NCBI GenBank assembly: GCA_016939375.1
Contig: JAFGHF010000042.1
Location: 1-56,929 of the forward strand
Direction: 5' to 3'
Origin: Candidatus Omnitrophota bacterium
GTDB taxonomy: Bacteria; Omnitrophota; Gorgyraeia; JAFGHF01
DNA: 56,929 bases
In this document: piece after piece, positions 26,323 through 35,459 of the stretch
How positions within the stretch are numbered: position 1 is the stretch's first letter
How the letters are laid out: each line of letters begins with the position of its first letter
The notes under the pieces: generated by a model
The model's database searches: none
What the model saw: the letters and a program-made list of their open reading frames with translations, nothing else
What the model was told of the DNA's origin: nothing
Made by a program: the position numbers and the translations under genes

Positions 26323-27954
26323 ATGTTTAGCGACCCGGTTGTGGGAGATAAATTTTTTGGCAGAGAGGAGACTCTCAAGCTGCTTACAAAAAGGGCCAAT
26401 GGATTAAAGGACGGCTACCGTCAGAATATCGCAATATTAGGCCCTAAGCTTATTGGTAAATCATCAGTAATCCTTGAGTTTCTTACCCATTTCACCGATA
26501 GCAATATAATCCCTATTTATTTGGATCTGAGGCGAAATTCCTTTAGCCATTTTTTATATAAGTTTATCGGGGCTGTTCTTTACCACTATTTAAAGAACAA
26601 AAACCTCACTGCACAAGAAGACTTGCTGTCCCTCAAAAATAGCGCCGAAAAGCATATTCCAAAAACAGTGGCTACGATTCAGTTGATTGAAGACGACTTC
26701 AAGGGGGGGCGTCTTGATGCGGCATATGAGAAGCTTTTGCCTCTCACCGCCATTTTAAAGCAGGAAAGCGGCCTTTCAAGTATTGTCATATTAGACGGCT
26801 TTCATTTCCTAGATACATTTAAGATTAAAAATCATTTTTCAAAGTTCGCTCAAGAAATAATGACGCAAAAAGATACGATGTACATATTAGCCAGCTCTCA
26901 GATTAGCTATGCAAAAAAGGTCTTGGCTAATGAACTTTCTCTGTTGTTCGGCAATTTTGAGATCATCAATCTAGCTCCTTTTGATTATTCCACCTGTTGC
27001 GACTTCTTGGAAAAACGCCTTGAGGGGATTACGCTCGCTCAAGATTACAAAGATTTTTTGATTGCCTTCAGCGAAGGGCATCCTTTCTACCTGGATATCA
27101 TAAGCGGCAAATTAAAAGAAAAGACCAAAGAAGGCAACCAAAAAGAAATCAGCAACGAGCTTATCAGTCAGGCCATGAACTCCGTGATGTACGACTCCAA
27201 GGGAATCCTCAACCAATATTTTACTAGTCTCTTGACCCATAATCTTAATGGTGCTGACTATTCAAACTTTTTGCCTATTTTGTTATCCGCCAGCGAAAAA
27301 GGGTGCCGGCTACAGGATATATCCGAACTGGCAAAACGTAAGAGCAAAGTGATTACAAAGCAAATCAACTCTTTGGTAGAAAAAGACCTGCTTGCCAAAA
27401 TCGGGGTATTTTATAGGATCCAAGATAAGATTTTCCGTTATTGGCTCAGAAGCGTCTATCAGCGAAAAAGGTCTTCACTGGCCGCCGACCCAGCTACAGA
27501 ATCCGATGGTTTTTGCAAAGACATTGAGGAAGAAATATCAAGGTTTACCCAACAAGCATGCCTAGAGCTCACTCAAAGAGTGATGGACCTTTTTAAGTCG
27601 TTTCGCAATGAGATGGTGACGATTCAAAATAAGCGTTTTAGGTTTTGGCATTTCAAAGAAGTCCGACTCTGGAATAAAGCAGAACTTAAGGATTGCATAA
27701 TAGCCCGTTATTCTGAAGGATACTGGGCCTGTATAGTCAGAAAAGATGATGTTAGCGAAAGCGAAATACAGGAATTCTCTGATTGCTGCCGCAGCTCAAA
27801 ACAAAAGGTCAAAAAAACCATCATCATCTCTTGCAAGGAATTAGATCTTAACGTACGACTTATGGCTTTGGAAAAAAAGATCTGGATCTGGAGCTTATCT
27901 GACTTAAACACGGTATTGGACCTATACGGCAAACAGCCCATAGTGCAGAAATAA
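26323..27954 (+). CDS. ATPase_2 (archaeal-type AAA/STAND-like) NTPase with a wHTH and a restriction-endonuclease-like C-terminal domain
   Basis: FFGREETLKLL, Walker A GPKLIGKSS and Walker B-like IVILDGFH. wHTH-like segment ISELAKRKSKVITKQINSLVEKDLLAKIG. The C-terminus (WACIVRKDDVSESEIQEF...TIIISCKELD...IWIWSLSDL) resembles the Mrr-type pattern. Confidence 0.6.
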   Translation: MFSDPVVGDKFFGREETLKLLTKRANGLKDGYRQNIAILGPKLIGKSSVILEFLTHFTDSNIIPIYLDLRRNSFSHFLYKFIGAVLYHYLKNKNLTAQEDLLSLKNSAEKHIPKTVATIQLIEDDFKGGRLDAAYEKLLPLTAILKQESGLSSIVILDGFHFLDTFKIKNHFSKFAQEIMTQKDTMYILASSQISYAKKVLANELSLLFGNFEIINLAPFDYSTCCDFLEKRLEGITLAQDYKDFLIAFSEGHPFYLDIISGKLKEKTKEGNQKEISNELISQAMNSVMYDSKGILNQYFTSLLTHNLNGADYSNFLPILLSASEKGCRLQDISELAKRKSKVITKQINSLVEKDLLAKIGVFYRIQDKIFRYWLRSVYQRKRSSLAADPATESDGFCKDIEEEISRFTQQACLELTQRVMDLFKSFRNEMVTIQNKRFRFWHFKEVRLWNKAELKDCIIARYSEGYWACIVRKDDVSESEIQEFSDCCRSSKQKVKKTIIISCKELDLNVRLMALEKKIWIWSLSDLNTVLDLYGKQPIVQK

Positions 27955-27968
27955 AAGGAGTTTTAACG

Positions 27969-28463
27969 ATGAAGATCGGTGTAGTTTCCGACACCCACAT
28001 TGTCAATGCCAAAGACTTGCCGGTTGAGTTCCTACACGCCTTGGGCGGCGTGGATCTAATTCTGCATGCTGGGGATATAATCGACCTCTCGGTAATAGAG
28101 GCATTGAAAAAACTTGGGCCACAGGTAAAGGCAGTCTGGGGAAACATGGATCCGCCCAATCTAAAAAAAGTCTTGCCAGAGAAAGAATTAATCAAAGCAG
28201 GCAAGTTTCAAATAGGTTTGACGCACGGCAGCGGTGCTCCCTGCAACTTAATGGATACCGTAAAAGATGTATTTAAAAACCAACGCCTAGACTGTATTGT
28301 ATATGGACACTCTCATGTACCCCAAAATGTGGTGCGTCAGGGCATTTTATACTTCAACCCGGGAAGCCTTACAGACAAGTTTTTCGCCCCATATAATTCG
28401 TATGGAGTGCTGGAAGTCGACAACAAGAGGATCGAGGGTAAGATTATAAAATTAGGGAGCTAA
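27969..28463 (+). CDS. MJ0936/YfcE-family metallophosphoesterase
   Basis: MKIGVVSDTH, LHAGD, GNMD and YGHSHVP motifs. Confidence 0.85.
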   Translation: MKIGVVSDTHIVNAKDLPVEFLHALGGVDLILHAGDIIDLSVIEALKKLGPQVKAVWGNMDPPNLKKVLPEKELIKAGKFQIGLTHGSGAPCNLMDTVKDVFKNQRLDCIVYGHSHVPQNVVRQGILYFNPGSLTDKFFAPYNSYGVLEVDNKRIEGKIIKLGS

Positions 28464-28466
28464 GCG

Positions 28467-29621
28467 GTGTTTAATAGGCAAGAGATCGAAAAGTTTGAAA
28501 AAAAATTTTTGTCCAGCTATGCCATGAAAAGCAAGGATTCAAGGGGACGCAAACATCATGAAAGCGAACACCCTTATCGCACCGCTTTTCAGCGCGACAG
28601 AGATAGAATCATTCATTGTACAGCCTTCCGTAGACTGGAATACAAAACTCAAGTATTTGTTAATTACGAAGGGGATTATTATAGGACCAGATTGACCCAC
28701 ACGCTAGAAGTCGCCCAAATCGCCAAGACTATTGCCCGGACACTGAGATTGAATGAAGACCTAGTGGAAGCTATCTCCTTAGCCCATGATCTAGGCCATA
28801 CGCCTTTTGGTCACGCCGGGGAAGAGACGCTACGTCAGTTAATGCAGGGGCATGGCGGTTTCGAACATAATCGTCAAGGCTTGAGAGTCGTCGACTATCT
28901 TGAAGAAAGATACCCCGATTTTAAAGGATTAAACCTGAGCTGGGAAGTCAGGGAGGGAATCCTAAAGCATGTCACAGCATACGATCACCCTGAAGAAAGC
29001 AATGAGTTTAAGCAGCATAGATTTCCTACCCTTGAAGCCCAAGTGGTTGACCTAGCTGATGAAATAGCTTACGACAACCATGACCTAGATGACGGCATAA
29101 CTTCACGCTTCATCGATGTAAGACCTTTGAGCAATATTGAGTTATGGCGCCAGGCGGAAGAAAAAATTTCCAAAAAGTATTCCCGGCTTAAGGACGAAAT
29201 CAAAAAATATCAGATCATCAAGTTTTTAATCAATTTACAGGTCCAGGATGTCATCAAACACACCGATCAGAAATTGAAAAAAGCGGATATTCATTCACTT
29301 GATGATGCAAAAAACTACAAAGAAAGACTTGTCGGATTTAGCCCGGAGATAGCTAAGAAATGCGCGCAGCTGCGGGAGTTCCTTAATCAAAACTTGTACC
29401 AACACTACAAAGTGGTGAGGATGTCCAATAAGGCCAGGAGATTCATCCAAGAGTTATTCCAATGCTACATCTCCAACCCCAAACAGTTGCCGCCCACAAG
29501 CCTGGCCAGGGTGAAAAAGGAAAACGTGCATAGGGTAGTATGTGATTACATTGCCGGGATGACTGATCGTTACGCTCAAAATGAATATAGGCGGCTCTTT
29601 CAGCCCTATGAAGAGAAATAA
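28467..29621 (+). CDS. dGTPase-like HD-domain triphosphohydrolase
   Basis: GTG start. RTAFQRDRDRIIHCTAFRRLEYKTQV, RLTHTLEVAQI and HDLGHTPFGHAGE motifs. Confidence 0.85.
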   Translation: MFNRQEIEKFEKKFLSSYAMKSKDSRGRKHHESEHPYRTAFQRDRDRIIHCTAFRRLEYKTQVFVNYEGDYYRTRLTHTLEVAQIAKTIARTLRLNEDLVEAISLAHDLGHTPFGHAGEETLRQLMQGHGGFEHNRQGLRVVDYLEERYPDFKGLNLSWEVREGILKHVTAYDHPEESNEFKQHRFPTLEAQVVDLADEIAYDNHDLDDGITSRFIDVRPLSNIELWRQAEEKISKKYSRLKDEIKKYQIIKFLINLQVQDVIKHTDQKLKKADIHSLDDAKNYKERLVGFSPEIAKKCAQLREFLNQNLYQHYKVVRMSNKARRFIQELFQCYISNPKQLPPTSLARVKKENVHRVVCDYIAGMTDRYAQNEYRRLFQPYEEK

Positions 29622-29632
29622 CTCTTAGTTCC

Positions 29633-29662
29633 TTGCCAGCCAAGTTTAATATGTGGTATAAT
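29633..29662 (+). promoter_or_regulatory. sigma-70-type promoter candidate (TTGCCA-18 nt-TATAAT with TGn) only 9 nt upstream of the ATG
   Basis: -35 at 29633-29638, -10 at 29657-29662, ATG at 29672. Confidence 0.4.
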
Positions 29663-29671
29663 TGAGAAGAT

Positions 29672-31225
29672 ATGGAACAGGAAAGAATATATCAAAAACA
29701 GCTTTTAGAAAGGCTGTCTAAAAGCCTGGATCTTCAGAACGAAAAAGAGCTATTTAGAAGCTTATTCGGAAATGCCCTGCTTTGGATAGTAGATAAAGAA
29801 TCCGGCTTGGCACTGCAGACACAAAACGCAAAAAGGAAGATAGGCCAAAAACAGATTGTCGAAATCTGCTCTTTGCAGGAAAGCGCGCATTGTCCTTCTG
29901 AGTGTAAGTTCCTAAGGTCTTCCAAGAAAAAAGAGTGTCTGCGTTGTTTAAGCGGTATACTTAAACAGGCAAAGAATACCAAAAAAGTAGAGAAATTCGT
30001 CTGCAGCAAGAATTTCTTCGGGCTCTGCTTTCCGCTGGCACAGGGGGATGCCTTTTATGGGTTTTTGATCCTTTGCAATTTGAAAAATTCACCTTCCCGT
30101 GAATCACAACGCCTGTTTGAAGCTCTCAATGAGACTATACTAGAAAAAGTGCAAAAAGAACTAGAGCTCTCTAAACTTTACGAGACGATTAGGCCCAGGG
30201 CGATAGCGCTCTCTACGATCCATACAATACACCGACTGATCAGTTCGAGCCTTGATCTAAACGAACTAATACCCAGGATTGCCAGACTCTCATTGCAAGT
30301 ATTGCGGGCCAAAAAGTGTCTAATCAGCTTGGTAGATGAAAAGACAAAGCGTCTTGTTCCTAAAGCAATGATAGATATATCCAAGAAAAAGTCGCGCGTT
30401 TCGGCCTTTAAAAAACGAATCCAAAAAAGGGTGCTGCGCTCAGGTATTACTTTGCTGAAGAAAAACTATCTCTCAGTACCCTTAATCGATGAGGAGCCGG
30501 TGGGCGTGATTTCTGTATACGCAAAAATGACTAACGGCGAATTCAACAATTTTGACCGGGAAATACTGACTGCCTTGGCCGAACAAGCAACCGGCGCGAT
30601 TAAAAACGCCAAGCTATACAAAGAGCAGGAAGACATGCTCTCCAACACGGTCAAGTTTGTCTCTACTCTTCTTAAGCTTAAATCTGGTGCCCCGTATACA
30701 CATTCAAAGCATGTGATAGACATAATTATGGGCATTGCCAAAGAGCTGCATCTTTCCGAGGAAGAGTTACGCAATCTGCGTTACGCCGCTATGCTGCACG
30801 ATGCTGAAAAAATCGGTATTCCGGAAGAAATCCTCAAGAAACCGACATTCTTGACCGAGCGCGAATACAATATCGTAAAAAAGCATCCTAAAAAGAGTGC
30901 CAAAATATTGAAACCGATGCAGCGTTTAAAACCGGCAGTCGGCATTATGGTCCATCATCATGAAAAGTTTGACGGCTCAGGCTATCCTGATAAACTAAAA
31001 GGAGAAGCGATACCCCTGGGTTCGAGAATTATGGCAGTAGCCGATACCTTAGAAGCCATGATTTCCCGGCGCCCTTACCGTAAATCCACACCCATAGCGC
31101 AGGCTATCCAGGAGCTAAAAAGTAAAAGCGGTACCCAATTCGATCCTCGAGTAATCAAGGCCTTTGTCAAGCTGGCAAAAAGAAAATCGTTTAAGAAACT
31201 ATTAAAGGAATTACAAAATGGCTGA
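29672..31225 (+). CDS. PocR-like/GAF/HD-GYP domain protein (cyclic-dinucleotide phosphodiesterase)
   Basis: Cys-rich N-terminal sensor-like region, a GAF-like middle, then HD (AAMLHDAEKIG) and HHHEKFDGSGYP. Confidence 0.8.
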   Translation: MEQERIYQKQLLERLSKSLDLQNEKELFRSLFGNALLWIVDKESGLALQTQNAKRKIGQKQIVEICSLQESAHCPSECKFLRSSKKKECLRCLSGILKQAKNTKKVEKFVCSKNFFGLCFPLAQGDAFYGFLILCNLKNSPSRESQRLFEALNETILEKVQKELELSKLYETIRPRAIALSTIHTIHRLISSSLDLNELIPRIARLSLQVLRAKKCLISLVDEKTKRLVPKAMIDISKKKSRVSAFKKRIQKRVLRSGITLLKKNYLSVPLIDEEPVGVISVYAKMTNGEFNNFDREILTALAEQATGAIKNAKLYKEQEDMLSNTVKFVSTLLKLKSGAPYTHSKHVIDIIMGIAKELHLSEEELRNLRYAAMLHDAEKIGIPEEILKKPTFLTEREYNIVKKHPKKSAKILKPMQRLKPAVGIMVHHHEKFDGSGYPDKLKGEAIPLGSRIMAVADTLEAMISRRPYRKSTPIAQAIQELKSKSGTQFDPRVIKAFVKLAKRKSFKKLLKELQNG

Positions 31226-31484
31226 GATCAAAAAGATCTGCGCCTCAACGCTGAACCGCAAAATCATCAGATTCTTTCAAGAGAATCCCTCGACCGTCGA
31301 CACTTCACGGGGCATAGCCGCTTGGTTAAATTTTGACCGCAAAGAAGTAAAAAAGGCGCTGGATTCTCTGGTCAAAGAGAAGATTTTAATTCCTCATCGC
31401 ATCGGTTCTTCTATCGCATACGCCTATACACAGGACAAAAAGATAATTAAAAAAATCGAACAAAGCGTAAAATCTGATATCTAG
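31218..31484 (+). CDS. small winged-helix-like protein, hypothetical
   Basis: 88 aa. The ATG overlaps the HD-GYP stop by 8 nt. IAAWLNFDRKEVKKALDSLVKEKILI looks like a wHTH recognition region. Confidence 0.45.
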   Translation: MAEIKKICASTLNRKIIRFFQENPSTVDTSRGIAAWLNFDRKEVKKALDSLVKEKILIPHRIGSSIAYAYTQDKKIIKKIEQSVKSDI

Positions 31485-31492
31485 GAGGAATA

Positions 31493-32056
31493 ATGTTTGA
31501 TAAAAAAGATAAAGATAAACAGGTAGAGTTTTTCGCTGATTACTCCTGTACCTCCAAGAAATCGCGCAGACCTAAGCTTAGCTTAGGAAAAATCGCCCTG
31601 TCTTTATCCTACGAAAATATTATCATCTTAGCGATCGGAATGATTATGGTACTTATCGTGTGTTACTCCTTAGGAGTAGAGAGAGGCAAAGACCTTGCTC
31701 AAGCCAACATAAAAGGCCTGGATGCAAGCACGCAAGTCACAGAGTCGGAAACAATCACTAAAGATGAAGAAAAGGCATCTCAAAAAGAAGAAAGCGAACC
31801 ACTGATTAAAAAAAGGAAGGTTAAAATCGCCGTAACTGAGCCTTTTTACACCATTCAGGTTGCTACTTTTCTTAAAAGCTCGTCTGTGGAAAAAGAGGTC
31901 CAGCGCCTAAAAAATAAAGGATACGAATCATTTATTGTCAGCAAAGGTAAATATACTGAAATCTGCATCGGCAAGTATAAGCATAAAAACGAGGCTGCCA
32001 CTGATCTAAAAGAGCTTAAAAGGCTCTATGGTGATTGCTTTGTACGTAAGCAATAG
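31493..32056 (+). CDS. SPOR-domain membrane protein
   Basis: TM helix (IIILAIGMIMVLIVCY). C-terminal SPOR pattern YTIQVATFLKSSSVEKEVQRLKNKGYESFIV... Confidence 0.7.
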   Translation: MFDKKDKDKQVEFFADYSCTSKKSRRPKLSLGKIALSLSYENIIILAIGMIMVLIVCYSLGVERGKDLAQANIKGLDASTQVTESETITKDEEKASQKEESEPLIKKRKVKIAVTEPFYTIQVATFLKSSSVEKEVQRLKNKGYESFIVSKGKYTEICIGKYKHKNEAATDLKELKRLYGDCFVRKQ

Positions 32057-32089
32057 TCGATAGATCGAGAGAGAAAGGAGAATCAAATA

Positions 32090-32386
32090 ATGTCTGTACA
32101 TCCTAGTTTGGGCTCGAAAGGTAAAGGAAAAAGAAAGCGTAGCGTAATGAAGCGCTACGAAAGATTAAAAGAGATGTTAGAGAAAGAAAAATGGCAACCT
32201 GGAGATTCTGTATATGGGCTGATGAAACTCAAAGTGCTGCGCTGGAAGGCGAAGAAAGCCAAAAAGGCGGTGGAAGAAGAGGCAGCTGGCGAAGGAGCCA
32301 CTGAAGCGACCGCAGCACAAAAGACAACCGCAAAGACAACCAAAGAAGCAAGCGGCGCAAAGAAAGACAGTCAGGGTAAAAAATGA
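32090..32386 (+). CDS. small basic protein (PVC-type) with an Ala/Lys-rich tail
   Basis: MSVHPSLGSKGKGKRKRSVMKRYERLKEMLEKEKWQPGDSVYGLMKLKV matches my recollection of the small-basic-protein family found in Planctomycetes and Verrucomicrobia. Confidence 0.5.
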   Translation: MSVHPSLGSKGKGKRKRSVMKRYERLKEMLEKEKWQPGDSVYGLMKLKVLRWKAKKAKKAVEEEAAGEGATEATAAQKTTAKTTKEASGAKKDSQGKK

Positions 32387-33315
32387 AAAATACTGTTATG
32401 ATTTTAGTCTTGGTAATGTTTCTTTTTCATGGGGCGGGGTATTGCTCTGATTCCCAGACAAAAGTCAATGAGTTTGAGCCGACACTGGGCAACGTCTTAG
32501 GAGACCACGTAAACATCAGAGCAGGCAAGGGCCTGAATTTTGAGATCATCGACCAAATAGACAAAGGCAAGGGATTAATGGTAATCGGGGAGGATGCAGA
32601 TTGGTATAGGGTAAAATTGCCCAAAACCGCCCAAAGCTTTGTGCATAAAGATTACATCAAAAATGAGATTGTCCAGGGAGATAGATTACGCGTACGCTCC
32701 GGACCAGGCAATAACTTCACTGTCCTGGGGGTGCTCAATGAAGGGGATCGGATAAAGGTCCTAGGGCACGATGGCGATTGGTTAAAAATAACTCCGCCTG
32801 AAGGATGCAGCGCTTGGATAAGTAAAAAATTTGTGCGACTTACTAAAAGAAAGTATGCTGCTGAAGACAGCGAAGTTGCCGTCTCTGAAGAACAGGCTGA
32901 ACCGGTAGAAGAAGTAGAAGAAATAGAACAGGCAGAGGTAGAGTCAAAAGAAAAGGTTGCCAAAAAGACAGAAGAAGAAAAAACACCTGAGATAGTAGAA
33001 GCTAAGACAAGGGGACAAAAGGAAGAAAAACCCCAAGAAGCCAAAAAGGCTCAATCACAAAAAGAAACCAAAACTGAAGCTGGGAATTTTACAGGCGTGG
33101 TGCAAGACATGGGCAAGATATTTGACCGCCCAGGCACACACAAGCTGACTCAAGACGGAAAAGTGATATTTTATCTCAAAAGCGAAAACATCAATTTAAA
33201 CCGTTATGTATATCGGGAGGTAAATATCGTAGGCAAGGTCGAAGAACCGAAAAATTCCCGCCGCTATCCCCATCCGGTCATAGACGTAGAAGAGATTAAG
33301 GTCGCGAAGCAATGA
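32383..33315 (+). CDS. secreted protein with two SH3b domains and an acidic linker
   Basis: Signal peptide. Two repeats of VNIRAGKG...DWYRVKLP and LRVRSGPG...GDWLKITPP type. Glu/Lys-rich linker. Confidence 0.65.
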   Translation: MKNTVMILVLVMFLFHGAGYCSDSQTKVNEFEPTLGNVLGDHVNIRAGKGLNFEIIDQIDKGKGLMVIGEDADWYRVKLPKTAQSFVHKDYIKNEIVQGDRLRVRSGPGNNFTVLGVLNEGDRIKVLGHDGDWLKITPPEGCSAWISKKFVRLTKRKYAAEDSEVAVSEEQAEPVEEVEEIEQAEVESKEKVAKKTEEEKTPEIVEAKTRGQKEEKPQEAKKAQSQKETKTEAGNFTGVVQDMGKIFDRPGTHKLTQDGKVIFYLKSENINLNRYVYREVNIVGKVEEPKNSRRYPHPVIDVEEIKVAKQ

Positions 33316-33920
33316 TAGCAATCTTAATCCCGCTTTTTTTGCTTGCCGTAATTATGCATGAAGTCGCCCACGGATGGGTAGCATATAGATTAGGTGATCC
33401 CACAGCGAAATACGCTGGCAGGCTCACCTTGAACCCCATACCACACATAGACCCTATTGGGACTATTTTTTTTCCGGCAATTTTGATATTGTCAGGCTCT
33501 CCGGTCGTCTTTGGCTGGGCAAAGCCAGTGCCGATCAACTTTGCGCTTTTGCGCAATCCAAAAAAGGGAATACTCTGGGTTAGCGCAGCCGGCATATCGG
33601 CCAACTTATTATTGGCCCTTGCCTTTTCTTTGTTTCTGCGCATAGGGATTTTCCCCTTTAATAGTTATGGATGGTATTTCCTAAACTATGGTATATTAAT
33701 AAACCTGGTGCTAGCTGTTTTTAATGCTGTACCCATACCTCCCCTGGACGGTTCCAGAATCGCGATGAGCCTTTTGCCGCCGGACCTGGCGGCGTCTTAT
33801 ATGCAATTGGAACGCTATGGATTTTTAATCATATTGGCTTTATTGTGGCTAGGGATCCTGGGCAGGATAATCTGGCCGATAGTGGGCATTTTAGCCTATA
33901 TCCTAGGAGCGAGCTTATAA
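33312..33920 (+). CDS. site-2 protease family (M50) membrane metalloprotease
   Basis: HEVAHG zinc motif in TM1. NAVPIPPLDGSRI motif. Confidence 0.8.
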   Translation: MIAILIPLFLLAVIMHEVAHGWVAYRLGDPTAKYAGRLTLNPIPHIDPIGTIFFPAILILSGSPVVFGWAKPVPINFALLRNPKKGILWVSAAGISANLLLALAFSLFLRIGIFPFNSYGWYFLNYGILINLVLAVFNAVPIPPLDGSRIAMSLLPPDLAASYMQLERYGFLIILALLWLGILGRIIWPIVGILAYILGASL

Positions 33921-35011
33921 TGAAAAGGGTAAGAGTTGGTTTGGGCAAAAGGAGTTATGACATACTGATCGGCAACGGCATCCTGAAGGCGCTCAAATCA
34001 GAACTAAAAAAACTCAAACTGGGGAAAGTCGCGGTAATAGTCACAAATCCGACCATCGGCCGCCTTTATGGACACAAAATAAAGCAGGCATTGAAAGGCT
34101 GCGGATATGAAATCAATTTGCTAGAAGTGCCTGACAGTGAAGAGAGCAAGTCGTTCAAAGAGTGTATCTATCTAGTAAATAAATTTGCCAAAATGGACAA
34201 AGGGAGAGGCATCTTTGTAATCGCCTTGGGTGGAGGGGTAATAGGCGATTTGGCCGGCTTTTGCGCTTCTATATATCGCAGAGGAGTGCCTTATATCCAA
34301 GTACCCACGACTTTATTGGCCCAAGTAGATTCGAGCATAGGAGGCAAAGTAGCGGTCGACCTTCTTTGCGGAAAAAACCTGGCCGGTTCTTTCTATCAAC
34401 CTAAGCTAGTATTAAGTGACGTGGATTTTTTGAAGACCTTAAGCAATAAACAAATCAGAGTAGCTCTGGCCGAGATAATTAAATACGGAGTCATTGCCGA
34501 TAAGAAGTTCTTCTACTTTTTGGAAAGAAACCTTGAAGAAGTAATAAAACTTAAAAAAGAAAAACTACAGTATATAGTAAACAGATGCAGTGAAATCAAA
34601 GCCAAAGTCGTAGCGCGCGATGAATATGATAAAACTGGTAAAAGGATGATCCTGAACTTTGGCCATACTGCCGGACATGCCATAGAAGCGGCAGGCGGCT
34701 ACAGTAAAAACTACCCTCATGGTTACGCAGTCGCCGTGGGAATGTTGGTAGCCTGTGAAATAGCCAGAGAGTTAAAAATGATCTCAAGAGGCAAGATAGA
34801 GCGAATCGAAAATCTGATTACCCAGGCCAAGCTGCCCACGCGAATAGTCGGGCTTAAGCTTAAAAATATTTTAAGGGCCCAGGCTCATGATAAAAAGTTC
34901 ATATCCGGCAAAAACCGTTTTGTCTTACCTGTCAGTATCGGCAAGGTAGTAGTCAGGAAAAATATCTCCCAAAGAATCATAATCAGAGCGATAACATCAA
35001 GGTTTAAATAA
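33920..35011 (+). CDS. aroB: 3-dehydroquinate synthase
   Basis: ATG at 33920 overlaps the previous stop (TAATG). GGGVIGDLAGFCASIYRRGVPYIQVPTTLLAQVDSSIGGK. Confidence 0.9.
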   Translation: MKRVRVGLGKRSYDILIGNGILKALKSELKKLKLGKVAVIVTNPTIGRLYGHKIKQALKGCGYEINLLEVPDSEESKSFKECIYLVNKFAKMDKGRGIFVIALGGGVIGDLAGFCASIYRRGVPYIQVPTTLLAQVDSSIGGKVAVDLLCGKNLAGSFYQPKLVLSDVDFLKTLSNKQIRVALAEIIKYGVIADKKFFYFLERNLEEVIKLKKEKLQYIVNRCSEIKAKVVARDEYDKTGKRMILNFGHTAGHAIEAAGGYSKNYPHGYAVAVGMLVACEIARELKMISRGKIERIENLITQAKLPTRIVGLKLKNILRAQAHDKKFISGKNRFVLPVSIGKVVVRKNISQRIIIRAITSRFK

Positions 35012-35036
35012 ACTTAAGCAAAAAATCCAGGTAACA

Positions 35037-35435
35037 ATGCTTAAAAATCTGCAAATCAACACAAATTCCCGGACTCAATTGCTGGACATCACATCTCTGG
35101 TACAAAAAGAGGTGGAAAAAAGTAAAGTGCAGGAGGGCCTGTGCATTTTACATGTGCCGCATACAACAGCAGGCATTACTATAAACGAAAATGCCGACCC
35201 TAGTGTAAGGAAAGATATTATAAACGAATTAAGCAGGCTCATACCGCTAAACTCTAGATTCAGCCATAGTGAAGGCAATTCCGACGCCCATATTAAAGCA
35301 AGCATGATGGGTTTTAGTCTGACGCTCTTGATCGAGCGAGGCAGTCTATTGCTGGGGACGTGGCAGGGGATCTATTTCTGTGAGTTTGACGGGCCCAGAA
35401 GAAGAAATTTGGTGGCAAAGATAGTCAACGGATAA
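35037..35435 (+). CDS. yjbQ: YjbQ/UPF0047 family protein (secondary thiamine-phosphate synthase)
   Basis: HVPHTTAGITINENADPSVRKD and SDAHIKAS motifs. Confidence 0.8.
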   Translation: MLKNLQINTNSRTQLLDITSLVQKEVEKSKVQEGLCILHVPHTTAGITINENADPSVRKDIINELSRLIPLNSRFSHSEGNSDAHIKASMMGFSLTLLIERGSLLLGTWQGIYFCEFDGPRRRNLVAKIVNG

Positions 35436-35459
35436 GCTAATATTTTGCCAGCAATCTAT

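Noticed and set aside
25369-29621. tRNA-Gly-linked genomic island carrying the ATPase cassette
   Set aside because: I saw no integrase, transposase or recombinase, and no direct repeat of the tRNA 3' end downstream. The NlpD-like housekeeping gene lies between the tRNA and the ATPase. Island status cannot be supported from this window.
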